Below are positions 9,769 to 19,234 of a stretch of DNA of 64,000 nucleotides, one piece after another (the stretch's first letter is position 1; every line of letters starts with the position of its first letter). The DNA comes from Salinispira sp. (GTDB lineage Bacteria; Spirochaetota; Spirochaetia; DSM-27196; Salinispiraceae): NCBI GenBank assembly GCA_965602015.1, contig OZ271918.1, positions 1,408,001 through 1,472,000 on the forward strand, read 5' to 3'. The notes beneath the pieces were generated by a model, which was given only the letters and a program-made list of their open reading frames with translations, was not told where the DNA came from and searched no databases. A program made the position numbers and the translations under genes.

Positions 9769-10692
9769 ATGGATCTTCGAAGCTTAGGCAAACAACACCG
9801 TGACAGCATTGTGTTCGGCCTCATTCTCATTGGTTCTCTTGGGTCGTTGATGATTCAAAGCAGCCGCTTCACCTCAGTCCCGGAGCAGGTGGGAATGACG
9901 GTGGCCGGAGCAATCGAAGGCGCTCTTATCGGGACCCGGGACTTTGTCACCAACACCATCAGGTCTGTTTCGGAACTCCGCGATCTCAGACGTGAATATG
10001 ACGTGCTTCTTGAAAAACTCGACGAGAGCCAACAACAGTTTCAGTCAATGGAAGCGCTCCAACATGAAAACCGCATACTTCGTGAAGCATTGGCTTATTC
10101 AGAAAATTCTGATTTCACAAGTATTCCCGCAAAAATTATCGGCAAGGATCCCGGAGTCATTTTTACCTCCCTGATGATAAACAAGGGCAGGCGTAACGGC
10201 ATTCGCGAGGGGATGACGGTTGTTGCCTATCAGGACGGTCAACAGGGGCTTGTGGGACGGATTATCGAAGCCGGTCCGATCACCTCGCTTGTTCGTCCAT
10301 TGGTCGATCCAATGTCCTATGTTGCAGCCAGGTTGAGCAGAACGCGATACGAAGGGCTTCTTCGAGGTTTGGGAAGCGGAAGCGAAACCCTCATTATGGA
10401 ATACCTTGACCGGGAATCCAGAAACCAGATCAACGTCGGGGACGAGATTATAACTTCCGGATTAAATTCTGCATATCCCGTTAATCTCCGGATAGGACGG
10501 GTGACCGGTATTCTCGGAACCTCCTATGAGACCTCCCTTCAGCTTGAAATACTGCCTTTTATCAGCTTCACAAGGCTCGAACAGGTTTTTGTTCTGCAGA
10601 GGACCGGGCCCGCAGAGTTACAGCCCGTCTCTCCAGCTGATAATGCGCCGTTATTCATCCCGGGGCCCCAGGCGGCGGAGGACGAAGAGTAA
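9769..10692 (+). CDS. mreC: Rod shape-determining protein MreC
   Basis: TM segment, coiled coil (ENRILRE), INKG..G, GLVGRI, GDEIITSG. Follows mreB. Confidence 0.93.
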   Translation: MDLRSLGKQHRDSIVFGLILIGSLGSLMIQSSRFTSVPEQVGMTVAGAIEGALIGTRDFVTNTIRSVSELRDLRREYDVLLEKLDESQQQFQSMEALQHENRILREALAYSENSDFTSIPAKIIGKDPGVIFTSLMINKGRRNGIREGMTVVAYQDGQQGLVGRIIEAGPITSLVRPLVDPMSYVAARLSRTRYEGLLRGLGSGSETLIMEYLDRESRNQINVGDEIITSGLNSAYPVNLRIGRVTGILGTSYETSLQLEILPFISFTRLEQVFVLQRTGPAELQPVSPADNAPLFIPGPQAAEDEE

Positions 10693-11201
10693 TGTGGTTT
10701 ATTCTCCCCTTGGTTCTTCCCAGCGCGTTTATTTATGTAATCAGCGGTCCTGTTCAGGTTCTATCGGTCTATGGAGCCCTGCCCGAGCTTACCATAATTT
10801 CTCTGTTGTACTACGGCAATAGCAGGGGCAAAATGCCGGGGCAGATATCAGGCTTATTCGCCGGCTTAACCTTGGATTTCCTGAGCGCTGCACCGCTTGG
10901 CTTTTTTGCCTTTGTTTTCACCCTGATCGGGTTTCTTGCAGGCTCGACAAAGGGCAAGGTGTACGTGGATCCTATTTTTACCCCATTGTTAATGATCGCT
11001 GCCGGTTTGTTGATCAAAGGGCTAGTGGTATTTATTCTCAGCGGCATCTTTCTCTACCCGGAAGTTCGAACGGAGGTTTTTGGTAGCCGTTTTCTAATAC
11101 AGTTCGCCTATACCATGGTTTTGGGCCCCCTTTTCTTCGCTTTGTTTTCTTTTCTTGATAAACTGTTCCCAAGGAAACGCCGCGGAGGATATCAGGATTA
11201 G
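10692..11201 (+). CDS. mreD: Rod shape-determining protein MreD
   Basis: Hydrophobic 169 aa with G...GLFAGLTLD...PLG pattern. TAATG coupling to mreC. Confidence 0.88.
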   Translation: MWFILPLVLPSAFIYVISGPVQVLSVYGALPELTIISLLYYGNSRGKMPGQISGLFAGLTLDFLSAAPLGFFAFVFTLIGFLAGSTKGKVYVDPIFTPLLMIAAGLLIKGLVVFILSGIFLYPEVRTEVFGSRFLIQFAYTMVLGPLFFALFSFLDKLFPRKRRGGYQD

Positions 11202-11204
11202 GAA

Positions 11205-13097
11205 ATGACCGGATCAAATAATTCAGGATTAAGCAGAGAAAGCATCATATTTTTGTCCGTATTTATGATCGCGGTGTTTACCGTATACATCGTCAGGCTT
11301 TTTTCCCTGCAGATTGTCGACAATTACATTTATCGGGAACAAGCTGATGAAGTATCCCGCCGATCGGAGATTATTCCCACCCGGCGCGGGGAGATATACG
11401 ACAGAAATTTCGATCAGCCACTTGTCACAAATATTGATACCTTTGCCGTTATGCTCGATCTCTCGGCAGTTCCGGCGGATGGGCTTCAGGACCTTATAGA
11501 ACGCCTCTCCGAAACCCTTGGCACGGAATCAGAGTATTTGTGGTCGAGAATACCAGTGCGACGGAACCAGAGCTTTGCTGATTATGAGATATGGAGCGGG
11601 GCAAGCTATCAGCAGATCGCTTCCATTGCCCAGGAAATCGACGATTACCCTGGCGTGAGATGGGAACCCCGGGCAACCCGGTTTTACACCAACGGAGCGC
11701 TGCTTTCTCATGTCCTGGGCTATACTGGAGAGATAACTTCAGAAGAGCTGCAGATTCTTTACAATCAAGGCTATGCAGGAGCCCGGGACATTGGGAAAAG
11801 CGGTGTCGAACGGCAATACGACACCATCCTCCGCGGTGAGGATGGATTGCGTTTTGGCAGGGTCGACGCCAGAGGTCGACGGATTTATGACCTGGAGGAC
11901 TCCCCGCCGACCCTTGGTCAAAGTATTGTGCTTACCATCGACCGTCATATTCAGAAGCTTGTGGAAGAGTCACTCGGTCCTCGCAACGGCGCAGCCCTTG
12001 TTCTCGATCCATCCAATGGAGAAATAGTTGCCATGGCGAGCTACCCAGATTACGATCCGAATTTGTTTTATTCTCCCGAAGCGGTTCCGCGGGTCGAACA
12101 ACTTAACAGCGACCCCAGAGCGCCCCTCTTAAATCGGGTAATACAGGCCTCTGGCAGCCCTGCTTCAACGTTTAAGACTCTCCTGACTGCAGCAGTACTT
12201 CAGGAAGGGGTCATCGACCCCAATGAAGAAATCTTTTGTCCCGGTTATGTACAGGTGGGAGATAGAATCTTCCGATGTCATAACCTTGATGGGCATGGAA
12301 ATCTTGATCTATACGGCGCCATGGCCGAATCCTGCAATGTCTATTTTTACACTGTGGGAAGGGAATACCTGGGGGTTCAAGCCATTGTGGACTACTCCCT
12401 GAATTTTGGATTTGGCGATATTTCGGGTATCGATCTACCGGGAGAGGTGAGGGGACTCTTGCCTGATCCCGAGTGGAAGGAGCGGAACGTCGGGGTACCC
12501 TGGGTCGGCGGAGACACGGTGAATATGTCCATTGGACAGGGATACCTTGCTGTGACGCCCCTGCAGATGGCAAATATGGTGGCGGCAATCGTCAATGACG
12601 GCATTGTATATCAGCCGCATGTGCTGAAGGAGGTCCGGGATCAATCGACCCTCGAACTTATATCCAGGACCGAACCTCGGGTATTGAGGGATTTGGGGCT
12701 GAAGCCGGATGTATTCGAGGAAGTACGGGAAGCCATGCGGCAAGTCATAACCGACGGGACCGCCGAGGTCGTTATCACAACACCCTCCACCCGTGTCGCC
12801 GGAAAAACCGGGACCGGACAAAGCGGTGACGAGGAACGAAAACATTCCTGGTTTATCGCCTACGCGCCTCATGATCCGCTGCCCGGCGAAAATCAATACG
12901 TCGTAGTAATTTGGGTCGATGCGACGAATGAGTGGGAGTGGTGGGCGCCGAAGGCCGCGAACCTGATAATACATGGAATTGTAAATAACCTCAGCTTTGC
13001 GGAAACCGTGGAAGACCTGCAGCCCCTGTGGTATTTTTCCCGTTCACAACTTCGGGAGTATCTCGAGGAAATAAACGCGGAGAGCATAGAGCGATGA
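11205..13097 (+). CDS. mrdA: Penicillin-binding protein 2
   Basis: RGEIYDRN, GKSGVE, LTID; SxxK (STFK), SCN and KTG transpeptidase motifs. Confidence 0.95.
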   Translation: MTGSNNSGLSRESIIFLSVFMIAVFTVYIVRLFSLQIVDNYIYREQADEVSRRSEIIPTRRGEIYDRNFDQPLVTNIDTFAVMLDLSAVPADGLQDLIERLSETLGTESEYLWSRIPVRRNQSFADYEIWSGASYQQIASIAQEIDDYPGVRWEPRATRFYTNGALLSHVLGYTGEITSEELQILYNQGYAGARDIGKSGVERQYDTILRGEDGLRFGRVDARGRRIYDLEDSPPTLGQSIVLTIDRHIQKLVEESLGPRNGAALVLDPSNGEIVAMASYPDYDPNLFYSPEAVPRVEQLNSDPRAPLLNRVIQASGSPASTFKTLLTAAVLQEGVIDPNEEIFCPGYVQVGDRIFRCHNLDGHGNLDLYGAMAESCNVYFYTVGREYLGVQAIVDYSLNFGFGDISGIDLPGEVRGLLPDPEWKERNVGVPWVGGDTVNMSIGQGYLAVTPLQMANMVAAIVNDGIVYQPHVLKEVRDQSTLELISRTEPRVLRDLGLKPDVFEEVREAMRQVITDGTAEVVITTPSTRVAGKTGTGQSGDEERKHSWFIAYAPHDPLPGENQYVVVIWVDATNEWEWWAPKAANLIIHGIVNNLSFAETVEDLQPLWYFSRSQLREYLEEINAESIER

Positions 13098-14407
13098 ACA
13101 GTCCGGCACGAATCAACTTTGACTATCCGATTCTCATCTCCACAGTTTCACTCATTGTCATCGGAATTCTGTTTATCTTTTCCTCAGGCATAAATGCAGA
13201 AGGCATTCAAACAAGCAACGAATACCTCAGACAGCTCATTTTTGCTTCAATCGGAGTGGCGCTGCTAATTGGCGTATCGATGGTAAAATATGATTACTAT
13301 CGCGAGTTCGCCGTCTATATTTATCTTGGATTTCTCGCCCTGATAGTCTTTACCCTGTTATTCGGATCGGTGATTAATGGTGCCAGAAGTTGGATCGGAT
13401 TGGGACCCTTCGGCATTCAGCCTTCGGAGTTCATGAAATTGGCTGTTATTCTGGTTTTGGCGCATTACCTTGATAAGACCGATGGAAGGCAAATCCGCAG
13501 TCTTCGAAGCTTTCTTATTGCCTTGTTGATCATTGCCCTGCCGATGGGATTAATACTATTGCAGCCTGATTTGGGCACCGCAATGGTGTACCTGCCAATA
13601 GCCCTGTTCCTCCTTTTTGCGGCGGGAGCCAGACCCTTGTATCTCATGTTTGTAATTGGCGTTCTGCTTTTGACCATCTTCTTTACGGTTCTGCCTGAGT
13701 GGGAAATACTCATCTATCAGGGCGATATTGATTTTTTCGTGATCTTTAATGAACGCTTTTATATAATCCTTGTCTTGGTATCCCTGGCACTGAGTTTTAC
13801 CATAGCCCTGGTCGGCTACCTCATCTTGAAGCAAGCGTATCTGTTTTATACCGCATATGCATTCTTTATGATAATTACCGCCTTTTTACTGGCCCTCGGT
13901 GCCCGTTGGTTTCTCAGGGATTTCCAGATGATGAGGCTCATCGTGTTTCTCGATCCCTATGTCGACCCTAGGGGTGCAGGCTGGAATGTAATCCAATCCC
14001 TCACCGCCGTAGGTTCCGGAGGTTTCAGTGGTATGGGGTACCTGCGGGGAACTCAAAGCCATTATCAATACCTGCCGGAACAGAGCACGGATTTTATTTT
14101 TTCTATTCTGTCCGAAGAATGGGGGTTCATCGGCGGAATTGCTATCGCCGCACTGTACCTCGTAATTATTATCAGAGGAATGCTAATCGCGAATCAGGCC
14201 AGGGATAAGTACGGAGCGTACCTGTCATTGGGCGTGGTCGCATTGTTATTTTTTCATTTCACCATTAACGTCGGCATGACCATCGGGCTTATGCCCATAA
14301 CGGGGATTCCATTGCTCTTTCTCTCTTACGGAGGGTCAAGTCTTTGGACCGCCATGATTTCAGTGGGAGTCCTCATGTCTGTGAGCCATCACCGTTTTAA
14401 GTATTAG
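13094..14407 (+). CDS. rodA: Rod shape-determining protein RodA (SEDS glycosyltransferase)
   Basis: GARSWI, IQPSEFMK, QPDLGT, LPEQSTDFIF, PITGIPL, SYGGSS. ATGA overlap with the mrdA stop supports a start at 13094 rather than 13028. Confidence 0.95.
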   Translation: MNSPARINFDYPILISTVSLIVIGILFIFSSGINAEGIQTSNEYLRQLIFASIGVALLIGVSMVKYDYYREFAVYIYLGFLALIVFTLLFGSVINGARSWIGLGPFGIQPSEFMKLAVILVLAHYLDKTDGRQIRSLRSFLIALLIIALPMGLILLQPDLGTAMVYLPIALFLLFAAGARPLYLMFVIGVLLLTIFFTVLPEWEILIYQGDIDFFVIFNERFYIILVLVSLALSFTIALVGYLILKQAYLFYTAYAFFMIITAFLLALGARWFLRDFQMMRLIVFLDPYVDPRGAGWNVIQSLTAVGSGGFSGMGYLRGTQSHYQYLPEQSTDFIFSILSEEWGFIGGIAIAALYLVIIIRGMLIANQARDKYGAYLSLGVVALLFFHFTINVGMTIGLMPITGIPLLFLSYGGSSLWTAMISVGVLMSVSHHRFKY

Positions 14408-14465
14408 TGCGGTGCCCCGAAAACAGCTGATTTAAACCCGTTGATGAGGGGAGGGTGATATCGTT

Positions 14466-15323
14466 TTACTCGTCATCCTTGGCTTCAAGCCAAAAGCGCT
14501 CCATCTCATCGAGATGCTTTTCGGACATCTCAAGACCCTGACTTTCCATCTGTTCCTCAACATAGCTAAAACGTCGGTAAAATTTACTGTTTGTCCTGGA
14601 AAGGGCGTCATTGGGATGGATACCGGTTTTCCTGCTGAGATTTATACAGGAAAAAATCAAATCGCCGATTTCAGCTTCCAAATTTTCACTAAATTGCTCG
14701 TCGAGATTTCCGCCGAGTTCAAGACCTGACTCTTCAACTCTGATTATTACATCTTCAACTTCATCGAGTTCTTCCCGGATCTTTTCTATCACGCCCCGGT
14801 AATCCCGCCAGTCAAACCCGTTTTTTGCGGCCTTCTTTTGAAGTTTATAGGCCCTGTCGGTAACCGGAAGGTGTTTTGGCACCGAGTCGAGAACTGAGTT
14901 AGATTCACCTCGGCCCTCGTTTACCGCCTTAATCTTATCCCACTGAATAAGGACGTCTTCGGCGTTGTCAATTTCTACTTCTCCAAACACGTGGGGATGG
15001 CGCCTGATAAGCTTATCACCGAGCTTGTGAATCAGATCCTGCACGCTAAACTTATCATCCTGCTCCTCAATGTAGGAGATAAGCATGGTAACCAGCAGAA
15101 CATCTCCGAGTTCTTCGCGAATGTGTGAAGGGTCGCCGGAATTGATGGCTTCTACCGCTTCATGAGATTCCTCGAGCAGGGCGTTCCGCAGCGTCAGCGC
15201 GGTTTGCTCAATATCCCAGGGACAGCCATTAGGACCCCGCAGGGATCGAATGATGTTATATAGATGAGAAAAGCTCTCACCGGTACTTCGGCTTTTCTCA
15301 TCGTCCTTGTGAAGGTTCTTCAT
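14466..15323 (-). CDS. mazG: Nucleoside triphosphate pyrophosphohydrolase MazG
   Basis: LRGPNGCPWD..QT, EE..E, EELGDVL, RRHPHVFG; second domain GFDW, EIGDLIF, KFYRRF. Confidence 0.95.
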   Translation of the reverse strand: MKNLHKDDEKSRSTGESFSHLYNIIRSLRGPNGCPWDIEQTALTLRNALLEESHEAVEAINSGDPSHIREELGDVLLVTMLISYIEEQDDKFSVQDLIHKLGDKLIRRHPHVFGEVEIDNAEDVLIQWDKIKAVNEGRGESNSVLDSVPKHLPVTDRAYKLQKKAAKNGFDWRDYRGVIEKIREELDEVEDVIIRVEESGLELGGNLDEQFSENLEAEIGDLIFSCINLSRKTGIHPNDALSRTNSKFYRRFSYVEEQMESQGLEMSEKHLDEMERFWLEAKDDE

Positions 15324-15356
15324 GGTTGGCTGCCTCCCAGCATTGTGATTATTGCC

Positions 15357-15385
15357 ATTGTACGAAATTACCCGGCTGTTTGGAA
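15357..15385 (-). promoter_or_regulatory. Candidate sigma70 promoter of mazG
   Basis: Minus strand TTCCAA, 17 bp, TACAAT, upstream of a GGGAGG RBS. Confidence 0.45.
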
Positions 15386-15511
15386 TACCTGTTTACCCAG
15401 GCAGGCAAGTGCGAGCAAAACAAGTAGACAGAATATATATTATACGAACAAAAATATAGCAGCCCATAGTAAATCCACATTGCCAAGGTCCTGTCTACTG
15501 AGATCTAACAA

Positions 15512-15799
15512 TTAATCTCTCTCAGGCAGATGTCTGATAAAAAAATACCCGGACACAAACACAGCGGAGAAAACTAGCGTAGTTACCAACTGTATAAGAA
15601 ATCTCACTGCTCGCGAAAAATCAGCCATCGGCAATAATGAAATTAGTATAAGACCAATAGAAGCCCCGACAATCGATATGGTAAAGACAAGGGTCTTCCG
15701 TGCAAGACCCTGATTGCTTTTAACAATCATCAAGGCAAGCACAGTTATGGTTACTGAGCTGAAAACTACAGTAAAAGCATTAATCATGTAAAACAGCAA
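15512..15799 (-). CDS. Small hypothetical membrane protein (about 3 TM helices)
   Basis: 95-aa hydrophobic ORF with AAGGGG upstream of a TTG start. AT-richer than its neighbours. Confidence 0.5.
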   Translation of the reverse strand: MLFYMINAFTVVFSSVTITVLALMIVKSNQGLARKTLVFTISIVGASIGLILISLLPMADFSRAVRFLIQLVTTLVFSAVFVSGYFFIRHLPERD

Positions 15800-15840
15800 A
15801 TAATAACCCCTTATTGTGCACAGTCAGGCCCTTGAGCAGA

Positions 15841-16569
15841 TTATGGCGATGTGAGTAAAAACACATTGGAAGGAGTCAAAAAACCCGGCTTGGAGTATTG
15901 GGCTCCTTCCCCAAATGAGCCCCTATACCCGAAGACGACTATTGAGAGCTCTAGATCATCACCTGAAGCAAAACTATCTGGAACATCGTCATCACCCGCC
16001 TGATACTCATCTATCAAGTACTCAAAGCCCCGGTCGGACCCCGCACCGAGATTGCGCTGCAAAACCCTGCTACCGATGAGACTGCCGCCAGCTCCGGTAA
16101 AATTGATTGTCATATCAGAAATAGTATCGAACTGAATCGATACGCCGAAACTTGCGCTGCTGCTTATGCCGTTCCCAAGCTGTGAATCGCTAAACAGCGT
16201 AGGAAAATCTGCAAAAGAGATGGTTGGAACACTCGCGCCGTCACCCTGAACAGAAATAGTCCGATAGCCGCGCCTAATCAAATCGCTGTGCGCCTGCTGC
16301 CCGTTTAGGTACGAACTGATCACCGGCTGTTCAACACTGTATGTTGCTCCGCTGTCGGACTGATTATAGATTTTGTACAGAACCAGCAGACCCTGTGTCT
16401 CTTCCAGACTGGTGGGCTCGACATTAACAAAAACTTCCACATCTGTTTTTGTCAGCGCGATGTTTGCCGGCGGAATGGAGAATTGCGGGATTCCGCATGC
16501 AGATAGCAATAATCCGCTGACAGCGATCACGAATACAGAAATTGCCGAGATGCCATGATTCTTAGCCAC
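15841..16569 (-). CDS. Hypothetical lipoprotein
   Basis: Signal peptide ending in the lipobox LLSA-C (Cys25). Starts 15 nt after the cyclase stop. Confidence 0.7.
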   Translation of the reverse strand: MAKNHGISAISVFVIAVSGLLLSACGIPQFSIPPANIALTKTDVEVFVNVEPTSLEETQGLLVLYKIYNQSDSGATYSVEQPVISSYLNGQQAHSDLIRRGYRTISVQGDGASVPTISFADFPTLFSDSQLGNGISSSASFGVSIQFDTISDMTINFTGAGGSLIGSRVLQRNLGAGSDRGFEYLIDEYQAGDDDVPDSFASGDDLELSIVVFGYRGSFGEGAQYSKPGFLTPSNVFLLTSP

Positions 16570-16584
16570 GTCAAACTGCCTTAC

Positions 16585-19077
16585 TTAATCCAAGTACGGC
16601 TTCATGCCCACGAGAACGTCAAGGAGCTCGTAGATAACAACGGGCTTGTTTTTCCCCTTTACCCTGATATTGTCCAACTCCCGGGCTACAACTTTGTCCT
16701 TCACCAATCCGTAGGTGTACTCGCTGAGAATTATCTTGGAACCGGTTCCTACGTGCTTCTCGCCGTTCTCGATCCACTCCTGACCAAAGTACTGTTTATT
16801 AATTCCCTCCAGACGAGCTCCGAGATTGACGTTATCTCCCATCAGGGTATAGTTCATGCGGCCGCTGCTGCCCATGTTTCCGACGGTCATTATCCCGGAG
16901 TTTATTCCGATACCGATATCTATGCGCTTATCCATTGGCCACTGTTCGTTTAGCTCATTGAGCTTTTTCATCTGCATCAGAGCAGATTGACATGCGAGAA
17001 TGGCGTGATTTTTCTGGGGAACCGGAGCTCCCCAGAAACACATGATCTCATCACCTACATATTTATCCAGTGTTCCCTTGTACTCCATAATAAGATCGGT
17101 CATCGCTGTCAAATATACGTTCAAATGGTTGACCAGCTCCTGAGGGGGCATTTTTTCAGAAAGTGTGGTAAAGCCTCGGATATCCGAGAAAAACACCGTC
17201 AGTTCTTTATCCACGCCTCCGAGTTCCGGAGCGGCGTCTGCATTCACGATCTCTTCGACAACCTCAGGACTGACGTATTGACCAAACATGCCCTGCACCC
17301 TTCGCTTTTCCCTCTCCTCTGTTAAACCCCGATAGATCACTACCGAGAGAAAGGTAAAGACAACTGCAAAGGCAGGATGAACCGTCGCAACTATGAGGCT
17401 GTTTTGGTTAAACATAACGTCAGCAAAAATGAATAAACCGCCGATGAGGATGAGGGTAATCGCTAGGGCGATGAAGTTATTTGTCCGTCCTGTGAGAAGC
17501 GCTGTTATGAGGAGCAGGCCCGCAGTCAGCAGCATCTGATAGATGACCGGAAAATCTATGAGAAAGTTTTCCATGAGGATGGTATTCAGGGAGTTCGCGA
17601 AAACTTCGATCCCGTACATATTACCCACGGTAGTGTTTTGCTCATCCAGGCCGGTGGCAAAAAAACCGGCCAGCAGCAGTTTGTTTTCCAACGCAAGGGT
17701 ACTTGGCCAGGTATCGAAAATCGGTCCTGTTGCCCGTCGGGCGTATGCGGAGTACGGCCGGACCGGATAGGTTTGGGGACCGCTGGAATCTGCGCTGGAA
17801 CGGTCTCCCATGAAATTTATTCGCATTTGCCCGTATTCATTAATCGGTATGCGTATTTCCGGCACATCCCTGAATTGGGCTTCCTCAAGAACGACATCGG
17901 GATTGTCGGGGTCCCGACGTTCAAAGGCAGTCTGAATTTGATAACCCTCAAGTGCCCGGGTATCCGGGTTGTATACCTGCGGATTTGGCAGGAGGATGTA
18001 CTCGCCAAGGACAACCTCGATGTCGTCGAACTCAATGTTGAAGTACTCGGCGGCCATGCTGAGGACGACCGACGGCATAAAATGATCTTCATATACCGAA
18101 ATTTCATACAGCACTGTTTCGGCTTCTCCGTCCTGATCCTCGTCAATCGGGATAGGCGGCGCGGTCCGGCGAACTGACTCCGCAAGTTCAACAACGGACG
18201 CATCGTCGAGCAGAAGCTGCCCTTCAGCATCAAAAACGGCTTCGGAATATACCTGGTCTCCCCTCTTGTCCACCCAGCTGATCCGGTGGAAATCTCCGCT
18301 ATACTGTACATAATTCCTGTAATTGGCAACGAAATCTTCAAGTTCAAAAACGGCGATTTCCTTAGTAGACCTCAGAATCAGGTCCAGATTTCTGAGAATA
18401 TTGTCCACATCCCGTCTTACCGTTGCAAAACCATAACTTGCTGCAGGACCAGCCACCGCGGGAAGCGGCGGGTCCATACCCTGATACAGCGAGGTGTTTA
18501 TCCAATCGCCGGTGACATTTGATATGTAGCCTTTATTTTCGATAAGGAAATCATGCCTGGCGACGTATTCGTCCTCAAGGCCGATAGGATTGGGATCGGG
18601 GGTCAGTTTGGTTTCAATAAGAACCCTGCCGTTTTCTGCTATACTCTGTACCAGGAGCGCGTCGCTGACCGGATCTTCGCTTGAAGCCTCATTAAAAAGG
18701 ATGTCGAGAAAAATAAGGGCTTCTCTTTCATTGGAGTTCTTTATGCGTCCGAGGGTATTCAGCAGTTCAGCGTGATGATAGCGGGGAAAAGGCCAGGGTC
18801 CGAAATCCGACAGTGTTCGATTCTCTATTCCGAGAATCAGGATGTCCGGATGTATGTTGAGGTCCCGCTCAACAATGGTAACGCCTCTTTGCAGTTGCTG
18901 CTGAGATCTTTGCAGGCGAATGGCGAAATGGGTGTCCAGTATTCTGAGCTGCAAGGTTCTGAAGAGAAAAAAGTCCGTGCCGATAACGGCAAACAGCAGA
19001 AAAACGATGAGCGCGATAACAAATGCAAAATTCTTCGTCGCGAAAAATTTTGATTTTGACAACTTTTTATTCCCCAT
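16585..19077 (-). CDS. CHASE2-domain class III adenylate cyclase
   Basis: N-terminal TM; CHASE2 motifs (GPWPFPR..HA, LDILF, YGIEVFAN); 3 TMs; FGQYVSP; catalytic FSDIRGFT, DKYVGDEIM, YTLMGDNVNLGARLE, VKGK. GAGG RBS supports a start at 19077 (MGNKK). Confidence 0.9.
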   Translation of the reverse strand: MGNKKLSKSKFFATKNFAFVIALIVFLLFAVIGTDFFLFRTLQLRILDTHFAIRLQRSQQQLQRGVTIVERDLNIHPDILILGIENRTLSDFGPWPFPRYHHAELLNTLGRIKNSNEREALIFLDILFNEASSEDPVSDALLVQSIAENGRVLIETKLTPDPNPIGLEDEYVARHDFLIENKGYISNVTGDWINTSLYQGMDPPLPAVAGPAASYGFATVRRDVDNILRNLDLILRSTKEIAVFELEDFVANYRNYVQYSGDFHRISWVDKRGDQVYSEAVFDAEGQLLLDDASVVELAESVRRTAPPIPIDEDQDGEAETVLYEISVYEDHFMPSVVLSMAAEYFNIEFDDIEVVLGEYILLPNPQVYNPDTRALEGYQIQTAFERRDPDNPDVVLEEAQFRDVPEIRIPINEYGQMRINFMGDRSSADSSGPQTYPVRPYSAYARRATGPIFDTWPSTLALENKLLLAGFFATGLDEQNTTVGNMYGIEVFANSLNTILMENFLIDFPVIYQMLLTAGLLLITALLTGRTNNFIALAITLILIGGLFIFADVMFNQNSLIVATVHPAFAVVFTFLSVVIYRGLTEEREKRRVQGMFGQYVSPEVVEEIVNADAAPELGGVDKELTVFFSDIRGFTTLSEKMPPQELVNHLNVYLTAMTDLIMEYKGTLDKYVGDEIMCFWGAPVPQKNHAILACQSALMQMKKLNELNEQWPMDKRIDIGIGINSGIMTVGNMGSSGRMNYTLMGDNVNLGARLEGINKQYFGQEWIENGEKHVGTGSKIILSEYTYGLVKDKVVARELDNIRVKGKNKPVVIYELLDVLVGMKPYLD

Positions 19078-19133
19078 TATGATCCTCTTTTTCCATGTGC
19101 GATGAAATGCCGGAACTCCGGATATCTTCAATA

Positions 19134-19162
19134 ATTATACGGGTGAGCCTGATCTTTGTCCA
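19134..19162 (-). promoter_or_regulatory. Sigma70 promoter of the cyclase-lipoprotein unit
   Basis: Minus strand TGGACA, 17 bp, TATAAT, just downstream of a terminator. Confidence 0.65.
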
Positions 19163-19180
19163 ATCCGCTCAGTCGGCTAT

Positions 19181-19209
19181 AAAAAAACCGCCGGGAAATG
19201 GCCGGCGGT
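19181..19209 (-). terminator. Rho-independent terminator ending the rpsA/sigma54 activator/TPR transcript
   Basis: Minus strand ACCGCCGG-loop-CCGGCGGT followed by a T tract. Confidence 0.8.
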
Positions 19210-19234
19210 CGGATTTTGAACAGTATGACGAGAA

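Noticed and set aside
11519..11535. TGGCAC sigma54 -24-like element
   Set aside because: Inside mrdA and lacking the -12 TTGC at the required spacing.
15503..15509. ATCTAAC/GTTAGAT resembling an integron attC core next to the small AT-rich ORF
   Set aside because: No partner core site in the required orientation, no cassette array and no integrase in the window.
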